A stretch of 64,000 nucleotides of DNA from Syntrophales bacterium (GTDB taxonomy: Bacteria > Desulfobacterota > Syntrophia > Syntrophales > UBA2210). The stretch lies in contig CAXXNF010000002.1 in the NCBI GenBank assembly GCA_963666365.2, forward strand, positions 928,001 through 992,000, written 5' to 3'. The stretch's first letter is position 1. Every line of letters begins with the position of its first letter. This document shows positions 10,901 to 16,537 of this stretch, piece by piece. Made by a program: the position numbers and the translations under genes. The notes under the pieces are model-generated. The model was not told where the DNA came from. It did not search any database and worked only from the letters and a program-made list of their open reading frames with translations.

Positions 10901-13900
10901 TGGCGGGGCATACAGGACTTTCTTTGTGGGCGCTGAAGCGGGCAATGCGATGGATGCGCTCCTGCTCGGTCTTTACATAGACCCGGACGGGAATCCGGGC
11001 TATCTCAAAGGCACAATGAGCGGCAATGCCTATAGTGAAATAGATATGTTCTTAATGGATGGCAGCCTGTACCCGACTATGGTGACATCCTCGGCAACCT
11101 ACAACCCCGAAGACATTCAATACACCTGCAACGATGCTGTTGCAATAGTACGATCCATGCCCCTATCGCCTTTTGCCTTCGATGGAACCTACGGTTTGGA
11201 AGGTTCAATGGTGAACTATGAAGGCTGTACCGGCGCCCAGCGCCCCTCCAGTTCCTGGTGGTTTGAGGATTATGAATCGAACACGTCCGAGCACTGGGGC
11301 ATATACTTCCGGAGCGTGGCAGGAACCTATCAATCGCCATTAGAGGGAGAATCGTGGACGGCAACGATGGGTGGAATGGGATTCTTCGGCTCATTTGAAA
11401 ATAGTGATTGCGGGGAGCTTACACCTGCCCGTGGATACTGGCTGCTGTTCCTCGGTGGCGAGGCGCAGGATAGCATGCTGACCGGCGCCGTATGTGAAGG
11501 ATACTATGTCACGACGAACACGATGGGAATCTTTTCTGAAGAAGCGGGCACAGGCATGACGGGAGATCTGCTTGGAACCTATGATTCGACTAACAATACA
11601 TGGCAGGCAGGAATCCTTGGCACATGGGCCGGAACACCCACAGACTTCGGAGGGTATTGGCACCATAGCACACTCTATAATGATAATGTCTACCTGGAAT
11701 GGGCCAGTGTAAACAGCTGTAGCAAGGAGAATGAGGGTACCTTTGGATTAATAGAGAATACGGAAGGTGGATATGACTTTTTCGCCATGGGACGATATTA
11801 CGAGCCGCTATCACAGGGAGCAGGCTTTGTCGGACCGTACCTCTGGAACGGGTCATTGTCGTATGATGACCGTCGAATGGGCAATCGCAACTTTGAAGCC
11901 TTTGTCGGCGGCATTTGGTCGAATGGAGCAACCACCGTGGCGGCGATGGAAGGCGTAATTACGGCCCTTTACTTTACCGAAGAACTTATCGGTGAGAATT
12001 TCGTTCCCGCAGCAGGCCTTATGACGGGTGACCTGTCCGGCGTCCTGCACGAAATGGTGTATTGGACCCATGACGACATGTCCGGCATGTGGCAGGTTGA
12101 AAGCGATGAAGAGGGACTTGCCGTCATTGAAAGGCCTGTGCCGGAAGACTTCACGGCGGAAAACGCCTATGTCGACGAAGACGGCATCTCTGCCCACCTT
12201 GCGGGCGGGTTCGGCGGCGCCGGCGGAATGAGCAGTGAATATGAGGGGGGCAGTACACGGTTCATCAGTTATGATGTCTATGAATCCGAAACCTTTATGG
12301 CCACGAAGAGCCTTCCCTTCGGCATCTACAATCTGAAGCCGGCTGACGGTTATGGAAGCAGCTACTTCACCGGCAAGCCTTCGGGGACTTCTGTTGAATG
12401 GAACGCAACGATAGGCGGCGCCGGTTACTTCGGATACAGTTATACCTCTGACTACGGTTCACACTATCATCCCGGCTTCTGGCTGGCCGATATTACAGGT
12501 ACATGGGATGCACGCGCTGCGGAAGAGGGACAGGGGACCATCAGCGGCACATTGGAGGGCGCCTATATGACCTATACGCATGTAGGAACCATAGGAGGTC
12601 CCTTTTACGGACTTTATACCGAATCAGGCGAGGCCGGAGACGGCGCTTGGGTCGGAGAAAGCCAGGGCGTTTTCGATGCCTCATCGACGCTCACCTTTGC
12701 CAATGAGCTGAATGCGGATATCATCAGTTGCTGCGTGGGACCCGAAGGGACTATGGCCGGTATTCTGGGCGGACCGGATTCGCTCTGGACCGGTTCAGAC
12801 ATTCCGGTTTATTCAATGGGAGCAGTCACCAGCGGCACTGAATGCATCTGGTATGATCACTATTTCATGAGTGCCAACTACCTGACCGGCGAAAGCGATA
12901 CCTACGACGGCGGCGCCTTTTACGGAACCGTCAGCGGTATAAAGCAAGACGAGTTTCTGTCGGGCAGCCTCTTTGCCCTTTACATAGACAATGCCGGCGC
13001 CGCCGGATATCTCGCGGGAGACCTCTCGGGTACGGTCTACGAGACACTCGGCCTTTATGAAATGGACGGCACTGTGAACCGGATCGTCATGAACGAGACT
13101 CTTGACGGCGTAAGCCAGACATCGTTTCCTGGTGCCGTCACCCGTATTGACGGCATCGACTTCATGGGATCAGGCGTGTTCAGCGCAGGAGGAGACATCG
13201 TTGAACTTACATCCGAATATGACGAGGGATGCGGCTTCAGCGCCTTCATCACCGGTCAGGATTGGGGCATGTGGGCCTCCACGCTCTACGGAGCATACAC
13301 CGACAACAGTGAGCTGACAAATGATACCTGGTCGCTTGAGCTGGTGGAAGCCGCTCAGGAATCACCGACGGGAATGAACCACTGGATGGAAATATCAGGG
13401 ACGAAGTTCTCCAACGGTGAAATGGCGGGAAACACGGCAGGCGCCTGGGTGAACTGGGATCAGGCCATGACGGGAGTCTCCGGGGGCACGCTCAAGGGGA
13501 CCTTCGATGCCGCCAACTTTGCCTGGGAGGCGGTAGCGAAAGGTGCTTCCATCGAAACCCAGAAGTTCCTCGACATGGTGGCCAACAGCCCTGAAAAACT
13601 GGCACAGTTGAATATTCCCTGTGTTCAGATCGGCACCACCGATCTTACAGGATCGAACGGAGACCTGACGGTGAATATGAACAGTGTGAACTTCTTCGCC
13701 TACTCAAACGGAACATCGCCTTCAATATGGGCCACTGATTCCGTGAGCGGCGCCTACAATCAGGAAATACCAAGCTACACGGGTACATCGCTCACCCTCA
13801 GCGGCAATGGATTCAGCAGCGTTGATTTCGGGGTGAAGAAATGGGATAATGCCCAGTGGGGCGCCGCAGTGAACGGCGCCGGCAACGTACCGGGAACCGA

Positions 13901-14000
13901 CTTTAATGTGAACATTACAGGGGCTGCGGCGGGAACGTTCAGTGCCGGCACTCTCAGCGGCACCGGCGCCGGCGTTGCCTCCCCGGGCGGCAGCAGGTGA
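1920..14000 (+). CDS. Giant secreted FecR-domain protein with ~11 tandem beta-rich repeats (putative surface protein/adhesin)
   Basis: Uninterrupted 4026-codon ORF; the start may be ATG 1929 or 1935. Sec signal MKKYIVFFILIGLIFLLPLSVLGA; FecR-like domain (GDFIRTKSNSKAEITFVDGS...FEVHTPTAVCGVRGT); G/D-rich linker; repeated PWGIY / GYW.A...G.W..DG.I.G / GGPFYGLY / GTW.G.S.G.F motifs. Confidence 0.85.
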   Translation: MTAMKMKKYIVFFILIGLIFLLPLSVLGASIGKFTFTQGTVDLTRPGEAAQPATVGDEIAIGDFIRTKSNSKAEITFVDGSITRLAPRSRLKITEYFISDEGRKGTLDLVRGKVQSVIQKTEITGTDSRFEVHTPTAVCGVRGTIFFTYYQDGVSGGATQDGVVYVYSKNRPSEVRTMSSGEAMIVTSPDQPPVVRPATDPEIQQHTDDTSPGDDGEEGDDDSGDDDGGGGTQSGGTQGDEGGGGAGGGDGGGGEGADSVDEELITTTLLTGTEDTSGDSGQGPGSSLPGPDTTGQNLVDNTPEPIIEPETPSNAFCSTGEYGYGTVTLAITPPEGTQQYGAIDISGIVYDSVWMGSIAAASEEGSKLGGYFAGVAGSWRGYLSTLYCETNDRTEGGHILGYLSTDPSGSFEAETGAFAGSGTVLMIPMADTTFNPTEFTALLNDEIYQADLPFSRIPFHAFTLGVIDFDGSFSGSVTSEGDYKGIDAGDILLGVWAAKTKDGYYSNVNQHDLGTIYFGYTPDLDEDEDCYMIGGIDGNQSLGDDGDGHIDLYGYATYIDHEHLGVLDFRHLGVYEGNPGAYNSITSGTATLYPLAFSGHIGGTVRPVGAVEQQPSSLYRNEGGMALIYAHEEGIVGGRTSPWGAADSTLKDVQPGFFRALGQYYDTEEAPLVSATPSHFLWNTASYLSYLNRNEGGTLDREERSLSFVTGLWKDDGTIVGESIGFYESDDGTLGIIGGDLTGYYYTDLGMWMIEGTVTPDDTIIGTFTDSTHLSMDEITGSLYSDFSDGSYVEGAALGSAFRLTDNEGTPALFGVFDILFGGYSEFFSTGGGNTFYCASENYADMAGREILFGSFAYNPYTYPVSYPLNGLDMGGGTYMMGSLIIDSWNNDGTIYGTLTNGEYFYLSLDSFGSFEGSFYGLYDELEAGYGTWIGVSAGAFVGEPLAYSGLWGNYLFDGFDAGCLFTVDSIDEYGDLLTMGEEYGLFGLAPRGDDYLFVAMGSYDAWDEGIGPYLWNTPIMSASFDPYEYTFFDNEGIAGYTTGIWNNGALEGYALALLSRYDGETGLVDLGVVAGPLTGTYNADIAMWMAQGTATTNIRETGVDPLVFELYGDWGYFDESCLAGDFEGNGSIEGYSDWGSTYFAGYYDAEEDLDLSYPWGIYSVTMAGTFENPNSGSSWSAVIGGFGEFGYDDRYYNFNDEYGYLEGYWIASVSGIWNEDGTILGYLGIEEEENGITFFSTSVISIPEPGVSDEGFGLFITLQGIGSIGGPFYGLYDNNDYWIGASIGTFELEAAFDMSGYWEHWLLADDGGSLVEVGEGWGIIGLVENEGIYEYFGMGEFFAETGYDSYLWDTFTYGIPGTLSTSATPYHMFLGYAGGIWNNGTWNGYASFLYSEADQDTGLVNLGYLSGSIDGVYYPGIEMWIMGGTLTPEIKVSGLDLSEGGYFWEYGSSLTAALSGSFGELQEGALSSEFNEEDMQGNTFFFVVETADQQGPLPWGIYSLSLGYDSAYSQPEGTDAFSAVIGGEGAFSASDTGSPEYGYWMASVSGIWNEDGTISGMLGETEEHENSFGFYLNATHMGTLGGPFYGLYSETEAGVGTWVAGSVGAFDGAPLALGGEITGNALYYDGTALVTGNSVEGLLGATTNPLFGEELTEAVIMGALNVNDPAASGLYEQEVTGWSADGDAFTGFMASIRTKEPFYGGVGFLLALYIDSEGNAGILEGEFEEAGRLNNSVWLDYGILSAIPQGTTSITPDMLYDSLITSTFEGCGGYSQEEGNGLWTESVSGTLLGLMDQDWGIFRISLGGSYEGVLPYSVMAFWGASATLDELPGYVFGISETMLQEEAFPLVAFSYGFALNDSYLYMLMGELIGTYQPDGAAGGELETGTWQASGVGRYERAALSASGAWNAEQTPDVFYNSEGYMESAGVMTGIIGIADEESGFFSSLVAMGSYEEYAPAQLYLWNSPLEVEWKDGSGGFYGYGIGISGSWYNDYSATAGMTVSLGYMVTLFDQYDADGMTFDLGIMSGEMEGFFVNDSGLWFMMGEFDDALIMDTVPDSLSVSLESGTLDGDFYGDFIGSGSITGNGAIGTTDFFVISEGELSYSLPWGIYSFILASGNYYENPLYETDFSAIVGGMGVFGYEFDGTDGYDETGYWIATVEGYCDEDGSIFGDLGMFEDDGTTYSAGYYITDTHMGTIQGLLLGIYEASEDEGSGTWIGESLGTFTGEELAYGGAWGGYYNGGYDALSAGSLFSLGSVITDEYDDTYIEGPMGEEFGMFGLAPRGNDYAFLAIGEYEYYDESGSGPYIWNTPIASPGFDPYDFLFNYDGIAGYTSGIWKDGSMGGYAVALLSRYDDETGLVDLGFVTGPLAGIYSPEIAMWMAEGMLITDIREVGIDPEEYELYGDWGNFDEITFTGSFQGSGYLEGYSDGGHTYFFGAIDQATEIDISYPWGLYTFTIAGTHDNPELGSSWSGRVGGNGEFGYDSRFTSSYYEGCWLATVSGTWNDDGTITGVVGDTAGEDDDRFGIFMSVKGMGKIGGPFCGLYDDTLGTWIGTSIGTFKQEIAFDCAAYVGFYGSELFYDDGGYLASAGWLEGLSGLKSTDTGFDFHAMGMYDDYDAYGIYEGPYLWYADVSPGEYYYNYYALSPMVAAGEEHVSGYVGRTIGIAKEGAMGGYLAALFGRFDSEGTSYQAGLLSGSVEGTLFDDIGMWLAAGTMDYTLLVESAPYSENLDVYPDWGDLDYIALSGSFDGNAGMISGANGYGSTSFISVYNIETDYESSYPWGIYEFIIGTGNAYENPNASTVFSATIGGYGEFGYSTDADGMHIGYWLATLQGDWNSDGTIIGTLGKVAEDDGTFGVYLTTGQRGVIGGPFYGLYTEAEEGGSGTWVGESIGTYQGSALHHVIQIEPTDGYRNATLITQVWDSQYEYLYYEEDGSLTALFGGSDIIRDATEASPADVLMLGEYYPESTQPHMWYYGTRPCEPASIFTTDGGAYRTFFVGAEAGNAMDALLLGLYIDPDGNPGYLKGTMSGNAYSEIDMFLMDGSLYPTMVTSSATYNPEDIQYTCNDAVAIVRSMPLSPFAFDGTYGLEGSMVNYEGCTGAQRPSSSWWFEDYESNTSEHWGIYFRSVAGTYQSPLEGESWTATMGGMGFFGSFENSDCGELTPARGYWLLFLGGEAQDSMLTGAVCEGYYVTTNTMGIFSEEAGTGMTGDLLGTYDSTNNTWQAGILGTWAGTPTDFGGYWHHSTLYNDNVYLEWASVNSCSKENEGTFGLIENTEGGYDFFAMGRYYEPLSQGAGFVGPYLWNGSLSYDDRRMGNRNFEAFVGGIWSNGATTVAAMEGVITALYFTEELIGENFVPAAGLMTGDLSGVLHEMVYWTHDDMSGMWQVESDEEGLAVIERPVPEDFTAENAYVDEDGISAHLAGGFGGAGGMSSEYEGGSTRFISYDVYESETFMATKSLPFGIYNLKPADGYGSSYFTGKPSGTSVEWNATIGGAGYFGYSYTSDYGSHYHPGFWLADITGTWDARAAEEGQGTISGTLEGAYMTYTHVGTIGGPFYGLYTESGEAGDGAWVGESQGVFDASSTLTFANELNADIISCCVGPEGTMAGILGGPDSLWTGSDIPVYSMGAVTSGTECIWYDHYFMSANYLTGESDTYDGGAFYGTVSGIKQDEFLSGSLFALYIDNAGAAGYLAGDLSGTVYETLGLYEMDGTVNRIVMNETLDGVSQTSFPGAVTRIDGIDFMGSGVFSAGGDIVELTSEYDEGCGFSAFITGQDWGMWASTLYGAYTDNSELTNDTWSLELVEAAQESPTGMNHWMEISGTKFSNGEMAGNTAGAWVNWDQAMTGVSGGTLKGTFDAANFAWEAVAKGASIETQKFLDMVANSPEKLAQLNIPCVQIGTTDLTGSNGDLTVNMNSVNFFAYSNGTSPSIWATDSVSGAYNQEIPSYTGTSLTLSGNGFSSVDFGVKKWDNAQWGAAVNGAGNVPGTDFNVNITGAAAGTFSAGTLSGTGAGVASPGGSR
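2870..13550 (+). repeat. Intragenic tandem array of ~11 diverged ~0.87-1.05 kb units
   Basis: The unit-terminal motif (G.W.G.S.G.F/Y or variants) ends near 3690, 4741, 5792, 6752, 7616, 8600, 9608, 10616, 11627, 12674 and 13547. Confidence 0.75.
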
Positions 14001-14024
14001 TATATCTAAGCCTTAGTACTACAG

Positions 14025-14063
14025 GAGGGGCACTGTAACTGAATTACCGTGCCCCTCTTTTTT
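14025..14063 (+). terminator. Intrinsic terminator after the giant gene
   Basis: GAGGGGCAC-N15-GTGCCCCTC hairpin followed by a T6 run. Confidence 0.7.
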
Positions 14064-14087
14064 AAAAATTGAAAGGAGTTATGTTGT

Positions 14088-14609
14088 ATGAAACGTTCCT
14101 GTGTGGTTGCTTTTTCCTTTATGCTTATCTTTTCTTTTCTCATGGTATCGACTGCCTGTGACGCAGCAACGGTAAAAATCGGCGTTATCGATACGCAGAA
14201 GATTCTGCGCGATTCGCAGGCAGCCAAGGAAGCGCAGAAGGTTTTTCGAAGGGATCTTGAAGCGAAACGGGCCGTATTGAAATCCAAGGAACAGGAAGTG
14301 ATGGTCCTGGATCAGGAAATAAAAAAAGAGGGGCCCAAAATGGAAGCGACGGTGCTGAAAAACAAGCGTGAAAAGCTTGCCGATGAAATGAAAGAACTGA
14401 AACGCCTCAGGACCGATCTAAGCGACGACCTCAAGAAGAAAGATGCCGAACTGACCCAGAAGATCCTGAAGGAAATCGATGCAATCGTCAAGGATTACAG
14501 CAAGAAGAATAAATATACGATCATACTCGACAGGCGCATGGTCATAGACTTCGATGAAACTGTGGAAATCACGAATGATGTCATTAAAATTTACGACAAA
14601 AAGAAATAA
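14088..14609 (+). CDS. skp: OmpH/Skp periplasmic outer-membrane-protein chaperone
   Basis: Signal peptide, KIGVIDTQKIL motif, long basic coiled coil, C-terminal YTIILD...EITNDVIK; RBS AAGGAG. Confidence 0.88.
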   Translation: MKRSCVVAFSFMLIFSFLMVSTACDAATVKIGVIDTQKILRDSQAAKEAQKVFRRDLEAKRAVLKSKEQEVMVLDQEIKKEGPKMEATVLKNKREKLADEMKELKRLRTDLSDDLKKKDAELTQKILKEIDAIVKDYSKKNKYTIILDRRMVIDFDETVEITNDVIKIYDKKK

Positions 14610-14640
14610 ACCCGGTACGTTACTATAACTGTTTTAAAGA

Positions 14641-14712
14641 TTGTCTCGCGCAGCGGGTGGGCATGAGAGGAATTATGTGACATGTTTCCAGGTGCTCTGC
14701 TGCGCGAGACAA
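14641..14712. repeat. Palindromic intergenic element with a 14-bp perfect inverted repeat
   Basis: TTGTCTCGCGCAGC (14641-14654) and GCTGCGCGAGACAA (14699-14712), lying between convergent genes. Confidence 0.65.
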
Positions 14713-14752
14713 AGGGCGGAAAGCCCAACAACCCTGATCCACACACGCACAC

Positions 14753-15196
14753 CTAATCCATGGTCGCGAAATCGATCTGTACCACTTCTTCCCCGAGCGC
14801 GGCTGCATCCTCTCTGCGTTTGAACTGTCTGATCTTATCCATCAACCAGAGCGCCTGCGAAGGCGTAAGCACTTCGAGCTTTTCCGCCAGAAGAACGGGA
14901 TCAACGCCATAATTGACGCTGATCTTTTCGCAGCGTTCCACATCCTCCACATCCCAGGCAAAAAGCATGGGCCATTCCTGGAATCTGTCTATCCCCATAT
15001 CGGTATTTTTAAATAACTCACAGAGCAGCGCTGCTTCCGCGTCCGTAAACATGTCGCGCATTTCCACCGCAGTTGCATCCACGAGCGCATAATAGGATTG
15101 TACCGCTTCCCACGCCGCATCGGGCAGATTTTCGTTTCGTTTTTCCAGTCGTTTTATGAGCGTTTCCGAAATGTGAACAGTGACCGGTACATTCAT
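14753..15196 (-). CDS. Hypothetical protein, 147 aa, possible N-terminal ribbon-helix-helix
   Basis: Protein-like ORF starting ~29 nt downstream of the tRNA-His 3' end; N-terminus VTVHISETLIKRL is a beta-strand + helix pattern. Confidence 0.6.
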   Translation of the reverse strand: MNVPVTVHISETLIKRLEKRNENLPDAAWEAVQSYYALVDATAVEMRDMFTDAEAALLCELFKNTDMGIDRFQEWPMLFAWDVEDVERCEKISVNYGVDPVLLAEKLEVLTPSQALWLMDKIRQFKRREDAAALGEEVVQIDFATMD

Positions 15197-15224
15197 ACAT
15201 TTCTATCGATTTCAAAAATAAAAA

Positions 15225-15302
15225 TGGGGTGAGTGAAGGGATTTGAACCCTCGACCTCCGGGGCCACAACCCGGCACTCTAACCAACTGAGCTACACCCA
15301 CC
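15225..15302 (-). tRNA. tRNA-His (GTG)
   Basis: Reverse complement GGTGGGTGTAGCTCAGTTGGTTAGAGTGCCGGGTTGTGGCCCCGGAGGTCGAGGGTTCAAATCCCTTCACTCACCCCA: full cloverleaf, anticodon GTG, G-1:C73 His identity pair, encoded CCA. Confidence 0.97.
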
Positions 15303-15527
15303 ACAGAATATTACCCCTTCGAGAGTGGCATGTCTCTGACGATGACCCAGTGTGCTGATACATCGCTGAAGGATGATGTTCATATCATACATTCTTTGAG
15401 ATTGGCAATAAAAAAGACACGCCATCACACCAAGGAACGTAAAAACTGCTCTATGCCGACCGTTTGACATTATAATGGAAAGTAACGCACAGTTGTTTGA
15501 GCAGCATACCGAAAATAAAAAAAATAG

Positions 15528-15613
15528 ATTTTCGCGCAGGGCGCAGTGGCGCTGAGAACAAGCCAATAAAAATAGTTTTTCTCTGCGAACTCGCCGTCTC
15601 TGCGGGAGAAAAT
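15528..15613. repeat. Imperfect REP-like palindrome (CGCAG...CTCTGCG type)
   Basis: Left arm TTTTCGCGCAGGGCGCAGTGGCGCTGAGAA and right arm TTCTCTGCGAACTCGCCGTCTCTGCGGGAGAAAA around an AT-rich loop. Confidence 0.5.
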
Positions 15614-15678
15614 GAATACGTTACTTACAAGAGCGCTGGACATGGTGCCACGCCGCCCCTCACCCGAGATCCTCGAGG

Positions 15679-16440
15679 TTACACATATCCGTATGCGGTC
15701 CACCCGCCATCGACCGTCACAACACAACCCGTGATATAGGCAGCTTCGTCGCCGGCCAAAAAAACTGCGGCACCGGTCACATCCTCCGCTTCGCCAATTC
15801 GGCCCTGAGGTGTTCGTCTCTTTACGGCTTCCAGATCGAGTAATCCCTGGTCAATGACACCCTGCACCAGCTCCGTTCTGATATATCCCGGGGCAATGGC
15901 ATTTACTCTGATATTTTTTTTCGCCCACTCCGAAGCGAGCACTTTTGTCAGCATATTCCCCGCCGCTTTGCTGGCGCAGTAGGCGGCACGATTGGGCGCG
16001 GCAACGATGCCATAGGCCGACGTGATGGTTATGATAGAACCGCCGCCCTGGGGAATCATCTGACGTGCCGCTGACTGGCACCCGTAAAAGACACCGAAAA
16101 GATCCGTTTCCAGCGCCCGTGTCCAGTCCTCGGGGGCGATGCTCTCCGAGGGTCCTCCCATGGAGATGCCGGCGTTGTTGACAAGAATATCAAGTCTCCC
16201 ATAGGTTTCCACCGTTTTATCCACTACATCCTGAATACTCTGCGCACTCCGCACATCAACGGCAAGGGCCAGGGCTTCCCCACCTGCCTGCACAATCTCT
16301 TCGGCAATCGCCGAGAGAAGATCCATCGAACGACTCGCCAGGACTACCGAGGCGCCCTCTTGCGCATAACGCTTCGCAATTGCCTTGCCGATACCCTTGC
16401 TCGCCCCTGTCACTATAGCTACTTTATTTTCAAGCTTCAT
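15679..16440 (-). CDS. Short-chain dehydrogenase/reductase (SDR)
   Basis: TGASKGIG, NNAG, YCASK and VNAIAPG motifs; RBS GGAGG before ATG 16440 (MKLENK). Confidence 0.93.
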   Translation of the reverse strand: MKLENKVAIVTGASKGIGKAIAKRYAQEGASVVLASRSMDLLSAIAEEIVQAGGEALALAVDVRSAQSIQDVVDKTVETYGRLDILVNNAGISMGGPSESIAPEDWTRALETDLFGVFYGCQSAARQMIPQGGGSIITITSAYGIVAAPNRAAYCASKAAGNMLTKVLASEWAKKNIRVNAIAPGYIRTELVQGVIDQGLLDLEAVKRRTPQGRIGEAEDVTGAAVFLAGDEAAYITGCVVTVDGGWTAYGYV

Positions 16441-16466
16441 CGCGCCTCCTTTTCTTCTATTGAAAA

Positions 16467-16502
16467 GAAAGGTGCAATCCATGAAATGCGATTGCACCTT
16501 TC
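16467..16502 (-). terminator. Stem-loop between the substrate-binding gene and the SDR (terminator or mRNA stabiliser)
   Basis: GAAAGGTGCAATC-N10-GATTGCACCTTTC, followed by T-rich sequence on the minus strand. Confidence 0.6.
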
Positions 16503-16537
16503 GTCATTATCAGTCCGGCGGCATCACCGGATTTCAA

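Noticed and set aside
1920..14000. Autotransporter, RTX/T1SS, RHS or two-partner secretion protein
   Set aside because: No terminal aromatic OM barrel, GGxGxD nonamers, YD repeats or NPNG TPS motif seen. The neighbouring barrel has TPRs rather than POTRA domains.
14753..15302. Integrated element at tRNA-His
   Set aside because: No integrase and no duplicated tRNA 3' end (att site) noticed in the window.
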